Source of the DNA: Planctomycetota bacterium
Lineage (GTDB): Bacteria; Planctomycetota; PLA2; JAEUHO01
NCBI GenBank assembly: GCA_050248855.1
Contig: JBFWRP010000002.1
Location: 64,001 to 128,000, forward strand
Length of the DNA stretch: 64,000 nt
Direction of reading: 5' to 3'
Shown here piece by piece: positions 56,927 to 64,000 of the stretch (position 1 is the first letter of the stretch; each line of letters starts with the position of its first letter). Below the pieces are notes generated by a model. That model was not told the DNA's origin and did no database searches. It saw only the letters and a list, made by a program, of their open reading frames with translations. The position numbers were made by a program, and so were the translations under genes.

Positions 56927-57336
56927 ACATCTGGTTCGTCGACGACCGCGCCGCCAACCGGGCCACGTGGCGAGCGAGCTTCCCCGAGGCCGTACGCCAA
57001 GCGAGCACGCTGCGGACCTTCGCCTCCGTGCCTGACATCCTGGCGGCCTTCGAAGTCGGCGACTGGCCCGACGTGCTCTTCGTGGACTTCTACCTGGAGG
57101 CACACACGGGCCTCGACGTCGTCGAGCGCGTGCTGGCCGACACGCGCCCGACGCCCCTCCTCATCGCGCACAGCACGCTGGCTCCCGCCAACGCCCAGCT
57201 GCTTGCGGCCGGCGCCCACCTGACCTTGGAGAAGCGTCGCAACATGCCGCGCACGCAAAGCATCGTGGACACCTTCCGCACGCCCGCGGACGTCGACAGG
57301 TTGATCCGCGAACACGTGGGCCACGCGGCGCCGTAG
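56923..57336 (+). CDS. Single-domain response regulator (receiver)
   Basis: FVDD, LFVDFYL...TGLD, IAHS, LEK. Confidence 0.8.
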   Translation: MNIWFVDDRAANRATWRASFPEAVRQASTLRTFASVPDILAAFEVGDWPDVLFVDFYLEAHTGLDVVERVLADTRPTPLLIAHSTLAPANAQLLAAGAHLTLEKRRNMPRTQSIVDTFRTPADVDRLIREHVGHAAP

Positions 57337-57472
57337 GGCGCAGCCCGCAGATCAGCCTCCGAGGCACCCCTCCAGGGCCATCATGGGCTCTTCGTCGCGC
57401 ATCCGTGCGCACCAAGAGGAACCCGCGAAGCGGCCCGCCCGGACACGCTCTCCGCCAACCCGTCCACCTGCC

Positions 57473-58918
57473 CTACGGCGTCCGGAAGTAGTACCGGTAG
57501 GCGATGGGAACGAAGCCGCCGAGCCCGGCGTCGATCGCCGTGTAGCCCCCGACGAAGGGACTCGGATCGTCCCCCGTGACCAGCGGGTTGCCTGGGAGGT
57601 CGGTGAGGCCCCGCACGACGACGAGGTACGTGCCCGGGGGAACGGGCGCGGCAGGGGACAGGATCACGGTCGTCGTCGCGCTGCTCTGCGCCACCACGGG
57701 CCGCAGGGTCTGCACCTGGTTTGCGGGCGTGACCAGGATCGGCGTGGCCGCGGTGGTGCCGACGTGCCAGAGCTGCACGTTCGTGCCAAGCATCAGGCCC
57801 GCGTCGTACGCCCCGACTTGAGCCGGGTTCACGGGCTCGTTCAGGCGGACCTGGATGGCAGGCAGGTCGATCATGTCGGGTGTCGCGCTGGGTGTGCCGA
57901 CGTTGCGGTCATCGTGGACGGGGACGCACAGCTCGGGGATCACGCGCGGCACGCCTTCGTTGACCAGGCAGAGCAGGGTGGCCGAAGGACCCGAGCCGCT
58001 CTGGATCCCCGGCGGCGTGAAGAGGCTCGTTCCCGCGTTGTCCAGGCAACCCTGTTCGTCGCCCAGCCCCGGGGGCGAACCGCTTGGGCCGTTCATGTGG
58101 ACCAACGGACGGCGCGGCTCGATGAACGTGAGTCCTGATGTCGTCGTGAACAGCCGCGGCGTGGTGGTGACCACGCGCGCGCCCTCCACGCTGCGAATGC
58201 TCTCCGCGTCGAGGTGGTCGGCGAGGTCGAGTACGTAGGTGGTGCCCGGTGACAGACCGACATCCGCGAAGTCGGGGAAGCTCGGGAGCTGCGGAAGCAG
58301 CGCAACGCGCGGCCCGTCCACCGCCGCGACTTCGAACGTCGGCCCCGCCGATCCGCCGGTGACCGAGAACGTGTCCGGGTTCACCGACGCGGGGTCCACG
58401 TCTCGACTGAAGGCAAGGACCAGCGGTTGGTCCAGGGCCACGTTCGTGGCCCCGTCGTGGGCGAACGACACGAGCCGCATCTCCGGCACGGCCTTCAGCT
58501 GCGCAACGCCTTCGCACACCGCCGGGAGCCCGGACGGGTCGCTGCTCTCGCGCACCGTGGCCGTGCCAACGATGGCCTCGTCGGTGCGCTCCAACAGGAA
58601 GTCCGAGTAGACCACGTAGCGGCCCAACCCCGGATCGAACAGCACGACACGTCCCGCAATCGTGGCCGTGGATCCGCTCACCGAGCCCGTGAGCACGGCA
58701 AGCGGAGCCGTCATCGTCACGTCGCCTCCCGAGGTGGAAAACGACAGCGGCACGCCGACCTCGACGATGTCGCCGCAGAACTTGCCCGTGTCCGTCCGCA
58801 GGAGGAACCACGAGCCCGAGAACGGCGCGTCGCTGCCGCCTCCGCCGCCGCCGCAGCCTGCGAGCGTGACAAGGACTGCCAGGGCAGCCGACAGCGGGGC
58901 GAGCTTGGGTCCGCGCAC
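57473..58918 (-). CDS. Lipoprotein with Ig-like (Big_5-like) domains
   Basis: Lipobox LAGC followed by poly-Gly; NVALDQPLVLAFSRDVDPASV; LTDLPGNPL. Confidence 0.8.
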   Translation of the reverse strand: MRGPKLAPLSAALAVLVTLAGCGGGGGGSDAPFSGSWFLLRTDTGKFCGDIVEVGVPLSFSTSGGDVTMTAPLAVLTGSVSGSTATIAGRVVLFDPGLGRYVVYSDFLLERTDEAIVGTATVRESSDPSGLPAVCEGVAQLKAVPEMRLVSFAHDGATNVALDQPLVLAFSRDVDPASVNPDTFSVTGGSAGPTFEVAAVDGPRVALLPQLPSFPDFADVGLSPGTTYVLDLADHLDAESIRSVEGARVVTTTPRLFTTTSGLTFIEPRRPLVHMNGPSGSPPGLGDEQGCLDNAGTSLFTPPGIQSGSGPSATLLCLVNEGVPRVIPELCVPVHDDRNVGTPSATPDMIDLPAIQVRLNEPVNPAQVGAYDAGLMLGTNVQLWHVGTTAATPILVTPANQVQTLRPVVAQSSATTTVILSPAAPVPPGTYLVVVRGLTDLPGNPLVTGDDPSPFVGGYTAIDAGLGGFVPIAYRYYFRTP

Positions 58919-58937
58919 GCGCACCTCCGGAAGAAGG

Positions 58938-59276
58938 CTACCAAGTCGGTCGGCTGGGGGCGTGACACGCCCTGCCATGGGTGCGCGCCCCCCTGGCACG
59001 GGCACTACCTCCACGCACCCCAGGCGTACCCAACGCCTCGAGCACGGCCACCTCACGCTGGACCTTGGCCCGCCGCTCCGCCGTGACGCGCTCCTGGGCG
59101 ACACGCACCACGACTTCGCGCTCCCCGTCGCCGCGATCGATGCGCACGAGGTAGCCGGCGAATTCGAGCCCGCGGCCCAGGAAGCCCACCCTGACGATGC
59201 GCTCGCTTGGCTCCAGACAGCCGTGCACGGCGGTGTTGGCCAGCCTCTTGAAGAACCCGCCCATGCGACTCGACAT
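58938..59276 (-). pseudogene. Possible N-lobe fragment of an APH/choline-kinase-like phosphotransferase
   Basis: FLGRG..F..Y.V...VVVRV...REVAVLEAL, then degenerates with no catalytic HGD motif. Confidence 0.4.
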
Positions 59277-59301
59277 GCCGCGAGCCTACTCCGACCGAGG
59301 G

Positions 59302-59385
59302 TCACTCCACGAGCCGGTACGACGTGCTCCGCCCACCGCCCTCGTTCTGGACCAGCAGACCCCAGGCGAGCAGATCACGGATGTC
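59302..59385 (-). pseudogene. C-terminal relic of a Fic-family (DUF4172-type) gene
   Basis: Minus strand reads DIRDLLAWGLLVQNEGGGRSTSYRLVE*, matching the characteristic C-terminal wHTH end; no upstream gene body. Confidence 0.6.
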
Positions 59386-59445
59386 GTGGCCTGTCAGCTC
59401 GGCTCCAGCACCCGCCGGGTTACACGCGCGCCTTCGAGACCAGGC

Positions 59446-62400
59446 CTAGGCGACGGCCGCCGCGAACTCGACGAACAGATCGCCTGGCAACGGATTGCGG
59501 AGACGCCACGTGATGGCCATTGGACACTCGCCCTCGTGTGATACGTATGTCGCGGGTCCCAGGCACCAGAACGCGCGGTCGTCGACATCCAGACGTGCGA
59601 AGAGGACGACGTGCGTACCCATCTCGGCGTGGGATCTGTAGCGCCGGCCCGTGGGGTGATCCTCGCGCGTCGTGTTCTGACTCTCCCAGTGGATCAGATC
59701 GCGACTGATCGCGTAGTCTCTGTAGCTGGTAGTCGGTGAGAAGTTGCCCTTGGACTTGTTCAGGGTGAACGCAAACAGGTCGGCCTTGGCGGACTCGACC
59801 CAGAGGACACCGGACTGCCACGGTGCCACCTTGCTTCCTTCCCCGACCCCGAACGCCGCGAGGATCTCGTCTCGTGTGTATCGCGCGTGGAGGCGCAGAG
59901 GGACGTCCTCGCTCAGATCGAGCATGGGCTCGAGATGGTCGATCTGGCCCTGAAGCGCGTCGCACAACTCCCTCAACTCGCTTCGAATCTGTGGATGCTT
60001 CGCCAGGATGCCCAGCCCCTCCTCCATGGTCGAAGACGTGGATAGGACGGAGCGGCACACGGAGCCAACCAGCATCCGGAGGAGTCTCATCTTGCGGACG
60101 CTTGTGCCCGTCGGCAGTTGACCGGTCGCGAGGGGGCCCGCACGGCTCGCAAACTCGCGGTAGGCAGCAAGGCGTTCCCTGTCGTTCACGTGGAGGAGCC
60201 GCGCCACGCCCTTGCGAAGCGCTCCCTCGAGGGGCCCTGGTGCGGCAAGGTCGAGCTTGGCGGCCTCCTGGAGGTCCGACCAGCCTCGCCTGCCGTCGTA
60301 GATGTCGTCGAGCTCGTAGCCGGACTCCTCCAAGAACGCGCCGAGCGAGATGCGCTTCCTCTCGTGCATCTGGCCGAACTGCGCCTGGGCGTTCGCGAGC
60401 TCTGCGGCGCGCGCGGCGAAGCGACTTGGAAGCACAGCCTTGATGTTCTGGAGAACTCGCTCCTTGGCGATTCGGTCCAACTCCATGTGGCAGCCAGCAG
60501 GCAAGAAAGGGAAGCCTGCGCCAACCTGTTCCAGCAGTGTCTTGCGTGTTCCTCCCAGCAGCGCGCGTAGACGTCGGTCCATTCGGAACTCGCGTCGGTG
60601 CTCTCCCACGAAGTCAAGCACCGTGCAGAACGTCTTGCCAGCTGACTTGCGTAGCCCCCTTCCAAGTTGCTGCAGAAACAGCGTCGGGCTGTCGGTCGGG
60701 CGAAGCAGGAGCAAAGCGTCGACCCGCGGCACATCCACACCCTCGTTGAACAGGTCGACTGAGAACAGGGCTTGAATGCGCCCGTCTGCGAGCGCTCGTA
60801 GTGCGTCACGTCGATCCAGTGACGTGCTGTCACCCCACACGGCTGCCGCGCCGAGTCCGGCCTCGGTGAAGATACGGGCCATGAATCGGGCGTGGTCAAC
60901 GCTGACGCAGAATCCCAGAGCCCGCATTCGATGCACGTCGTCAACGTACTTGGACGTCTGCGCGAGGACATGTCGTCCGTAGGCGTCGTTCGCGGTGAGT
61001 ACCTTGCTCAGTTGGGCAACGTCATACCCACGCCCGCGCCTCCACGGGATGTCGCGTAGGTCGATCGTGTCGCTGATCCCGTAGTAGACGAAGGGACACA
61101 GCCGTTGCTGATCGATCGCATCCCAGAGGCGGAGTTCTGCTGCGATGCGACCGTCGAAGTGCTGGAGGATCGGTAGCCCGTCCGCACGCTCAGGCGTGGC
61201 CGTCAGGCCAAGCAACTCAAGAGGCTTCAGGTGGTCGAGCACGGCGTTGTACGAGGAGGCTGCCGCGTGATGGAACTCGTCGATGATGACGACATCGAAG
61301 TGCGTAGGAGGAATGTTCATCAGGGCGGCGCCCGCGCGACCGCTGAGGCTCTGGATCGAGGCGAACACATGGTTCAGTTCGGTGGGGCGATCTCCGGCAA
61401 CCCAGAGCTCACCGAAGGTGGGGTCGCGTAGGGCCTGTCGAAAAGTCGCGAGAGACTGCTGGAGGATCTCTTGCCGGTGCGCAATGAAAAGGAGTCGGCT
61501 GCTGCGCAGTTCGTCGCGCAAGCGTACGTAGTCGAGCGCGGCCATCACGGTCTTCCCCGTGCCCGTGGCCGAGACCAGCAGATTGCGGTGATGTCCCACG
61601 CTTCGCGATAGCTCGATCTGCTCCAGCAGTCGCGCTTGGAATGGCAAGGCGTGGATCTCGAGAGGCAAGATCAGTCCTGGGCGGCCCGGCCCGTCGCCAC
61701 GTGAGGTTGCACTTCTGAAGCGGGCTGCGTCAAACAACTCGAAATCAGAGGTGTTCCAGTACGCCTCGAACACTGAGCCGATCTTCCTGACGACCTCAGG
61801 ATTGCGGGCTTCGGACAAGCGAACGTTCCACTCCAGGCCGCTGACTTGTGCGGAGTGTGTCAGATTCGACGAGCCGATGTACGCGGTTGAGAACCCGGAG
61901 GATCTATGGAAGAGCCAGGCCTTCGCATGCAGGCGTGTCGAGCTGGTGTCATACGAGACGCGCACCTCGCCGCCCAGTGCGGCCAGGGCCTCGAGGGCTT
62001 CTGCCTCTGTGCTCCCTGTGTAGATCGTCGTTAGAACTCGCAGGCTCCTCCCCTCGTCGCAGTGCCGCCGCAAGGCATCCAGCATGGGGCGGATGCCGGA
62101 GCGACGTATGAACGCCATGATGAGCGAGATGCCATTTGCCGATGCGATCTCCGCTGTGAGCTGCTGGCCAACCCGAGGCTCAGCTGATGCGTTCGTCAGC
62201 AGGACCGTATCGAGGAGTGGGATCAGGGGCTCGGCAATCTCCTCGGTGGCTCCGGTTGGCAGGCGGCGCAGCACGGCCGCCAGGACGTCCATCGATGGTG
62301 CCTCGTCCGCCAGCTCCTGGACGTGCGTGGTCGCGGCCAGCGTCTGGATGACGGCCCGCGCGATCTCGATCCCGTGAGCTACGCGCTCTCTGTCGGAGAC

Positions 62401-62565
62401 CGCGTCGATCACTCGCTGGACAAGTTGACGGACGTGGAGGGCGATGCGGTCAGCCGCATCCGTGGAGCGCAGCGGACGCGTACGAGCTTCCAGGGCCTTG
62501 TCGAGGTCCTGGATGTCACGCGCAAGAGCGGTCGTGATCAGGCGTTCGTACAGCCCGCGTCGCAC
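59446..62565 (-). CDS. PLD nuclease-SF2 helicase-DUF3427 protein (SauUSI-like type IV restriction enzyme)
   Basis: PLD motif LHAKAW...GSSNLT...EWN; ATGTGKT, DEFHH, TATPER, QQLGRGLR; C-terminal FSPTT.Y.DYAIS..L.HWESQ. Confidence 0.88.
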   Translation of the reverse strand: MRRGLYERLITTALARDIQDLDKALEARTRPLRSTDAADRIALHVRQLVQRVIDAVSDRERVAHGIEIARAVIQTLAATTHVQELADEAPSMDVLAAVLRRLPTGATEEIAEPLIPLLDTVLLTNASAEPRVGQQLTAEIASANGISLIMAFIRRSGIRPMLDALRRHCDEGRSLRVLTTIYTGSTEAEALEALAALGGEVRVSYDTSSTRLHAKAWLFHRSSGFSTAYIGSSNLTHSAQVSGLEWNVRLSEARNPEVVRKIGSVFEAYWNTSDFELFDAARFRSATSRGDGPGRPGLILPLEIHALPFQARLLEQIELSRSVGHHRNLLVSATGTGKTVMAALDYVRLRDELRSSRLLFIAHRQEILQQSLATFRQALRDPTFGELWVAGDRPTELNHVFASIQSLSGRAGAALMNIPPTHFDVVIIDEFHHAAASSYNAVLDHLKPLELLGLTATPERADGLPILQHFDGRIAAELRLWDAIDQQRLCPFVYYGISDTIDLRDIPWRRGRGYDVAQLSKVLTANDAYGRHVLAQTSKYVDDVHRMRALGFCVSVDHARFMARIFTEAGLGAAAVWGDSTSLDRRDALRALADGRIQALFSVDLFNEGVDVPRVDALLLLRPTDSPTLFLQQLGRGLRKSAGKTFCTVLDFVGEHRREFRMDRRLRALLGGTRKTLLEQVGAGFPFLPAGCHMELDRIAKERVLQNIKAVLPSRFAARAAELANAQAQFGQMHERKRISLGAFLEESGYELDDIYDGRRGWSDLQEAAKLDLAAPGPLEGALRKGVARLLHVNDRERLAAYREFASRAGPLATGQLPTGTSVRKMRLLRMLVGSVCRSVLSTSSTMEEGLGILAKHPQIRSELRELCDALQGQIDHLEPMLDLSEDVPLRLHARYTRDEILAAFGVGEGSKVAPWQSGVLWVESAKADLFAFTLNKSKGNFSPTTSYRDYAISRDLIHWESQNTTREDHPTGRRYRSHAEMGTHVVLFARLDVDDRAFWCLGPATYVSHEGECPMAITWRLRNPLPGDLFVEFAAAVA

Positions 62566-62788
62566 CTGCCTGCCTCCCCTCCAATCCAGCGGCCTTCCGC
62601 GGTATCCGCAGGTCCACCGATCCGGTCGACCGGCTCGCCGGACTCTACCCGCCCGCATGTCCTGCCAGGCGAGGGAACCTGATTCGTCGTCGCTGGCTTC
62701 CGGGGTCCTGTCCCCACCACGCCTTGCCTGGGAGTCAGGGGGTTGATGCCGGCGTGGGGCCGGCAGAGGCCTTCCTGGAGCCCTTGCC

Positions 62789-63556
62789 ATGCGCCGCGTC
62801 CTGTACTTCGGCTACGGCGTCTTCGCCTACCTGTGTTTCCTCGTCGTCTTCGCCTATGCCGGGGGGTTCCTCGGCAACGTCGGGCTCCTGCCCAAGACCA
62901 TCGACACCAACCCGGGGCCCCTGAGCCTGGGGGCGATCTTGGTCAACGTGGGCCTGCTCTCGCTGTTCGCCCTGCAGCACGCGGTGATGGCGCGCCCGGC
63001 GTTCAAACGCTGGGAGGCCAAGTTCATTCCGGCTGCGGTGGAGCGGAACACGTTCGTGCTGGCCACCTGCGCGGTGCTCGGCCTGTTGTTCTGGCAGTGG
63101 CGCGCCATCGAGGGCGTGCTGTGGCACACCGAGGGCGCGCTCGCCATCGCCCTCCAGGTCGGCTACTGGCTGGGCATCGGGATCGTGTTCCTGGCCACCG
63201 TGAACATCGACCACTTCTCGCTGTTCGGGCTCCGTCAGGCGATCGACAACCTGCGCGGCAAGACGCCCGCCGCGCCCGTCTTCCACACACCGGGTCTCTA
63301 CCGCTTCGTGCGCCACCCGATCATGCTCGGCTTCCTCGTCGCCTTCTGGTGCGTCCCCACGATGACGGTGGGCCACCTGCTCTTCTCGAGCGTGGCCAGT
63401 GCCTACATCTTCGTGGCGGTGCACTTCCTCGAGGAGCGCGATCTCCTGAAGGTGTTCCCGACGGAGTACCGAGCCTACATGAAGGAGGTCGGCAGCTACT
63501 TGCCGATCCGCCCGTTGCGGGGTCGGGCCCGGGCCGCCGAGGCCGTGGCTCGTTGA
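62789..63556 (+). CDS. mddA: Methanethiol S-methyltransferase (ICMT-like membrane methyltransferase)
   Basis: LFALQHAVMARPAFKRW, ERNTFVL, HF.LFGLRQ, LYRFVRHPIMLGF, EERDL. Confidence 0.85.
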   Translation: MRRVLYFGYGVFAYLCFLVVFAYAGGFLGNVGLLPKTIDTNPGPLSLGAILVNVGLLSLFALQHAVMARPAFKRWEAKFIPAAVERNTFVLATCAVLGLLFWQWRAIEGVLWHTEGALAIALQVGYWLGIGIVFLATVNIDHFSLFGLRQAIDNLRGKTPAAPVFHTPGLYRFVRHPIMLGFLVAFWCVPTMTVGHLLFSSVASAYIFVAVHFLEERDLLKVFPTEYRAYMKEVGSYLPIRPLRGRARAAEAVAR

Positions 63557-63730
63557 CGACTCTCTTGGGGGTGCTGCTCCGGCAGGTGCCGAGGCGCCGC
63601 TGACGACCCCTGGGCCCGGGCGACTTCGAGTCGCCCGGGCTCGCTTCGTGGCGGCTCGTCCTTGACCGGTGCCCTTGGGCAGAGGTGAAGTGCTGGGGGC
63701 CGAGGGCGGCAGGGGCGACGAGGGCGGTCG

Positions 63731-64000
63731 ATGGGCTGGGTGCTCGTGTTGCTGGTGGCGTTGCTGACGGGAGGCGTAGGCCTGCTGCTGGGCGGCGTCG
63801 TGATGGCCGCGTGCGTGCGCTGGTTCCGCGTGTCCAGCTTCGAAGGCAAGTCGGGCTACGCCATCGTGGCGATGGCCCTGCTCGGGCTGATCGTGGGCTT
63901 CCTCGTGGGGCTGATCACGGCGCTCGTCCTTCCGGACGACGCTTCGCTGCCGTTCCTGCAGGCACTGGGCATCGCGGTGGGGGTGGTGGCGGGTGGGGCG
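63731..64000 (+). CDS. Membrane protein, truncated by the window end
   Basis: MGWVLVLLVALLTGG...WFRVSSFEGKSGY...; the frame is open to the end of the window. Confidence 0.75.
   Translation, partial: MGWVLVLLVALLTGGVGLLLGGVVMAACVRWFRVSSFEGKSGYAIVAMALLGLIVGFLVGLITALVLPDDASLPFLQALGIAVGVVAGGA

Overview
High-GC bacterial DNA; gene style suggests an uncultured Planctomycetota-like organism (inference only). Left to right: (1) the right end of an integrative element, with a 5'-truncated tyrosine integrase, a small ORF plus SdpA-like and SdpB/HTTM-like cargo genes, and a 3' fragment of tRNA-Sec as the att site; (2) a SNF2 helicase with a Zn-finger partner, an internally deleted kinase-TPR gene and two lipoproteins; (3) a MoxR/ABC/DUF58/VWA operon whose first gene has an in-frame UGA inside a CxxC-x11-CxxU motif followed by a SECIS-like hairpin, a candidate new selenoprotein and the top finding; (4) a ~19 kb stress/dormancy-type island (CBS, RpiA, metallothionein, CsbD, encapsulin with ferritin-like cargo, two multi-BON paralogs, baeRF, epimerase/VKOR/SPW, SRPBCC, Na/Ca antiporter) with about 12 sigma-54-type promoters around an atypical sigma-54 activator; (5) two toxin-antitoxin-like pairs with operator palindromes; (6) a glyco/RiPP-like cluster (RRE/PqqD fused to a leader-like tail, HPr-kinase-like protein, two GT2, nucleotidyltransferase, with a Glf-like flavoprotein and a large GT-like fusion nearby); (7) a kinase-cREC-REC operon, an Ig-like lipoprotein, gene relics, a SauUSI-like type IV restriction enzyme and mddA. 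No CRISPR array or rRNA was seen. All family calls come from motif recognition by eye, not from database searches.
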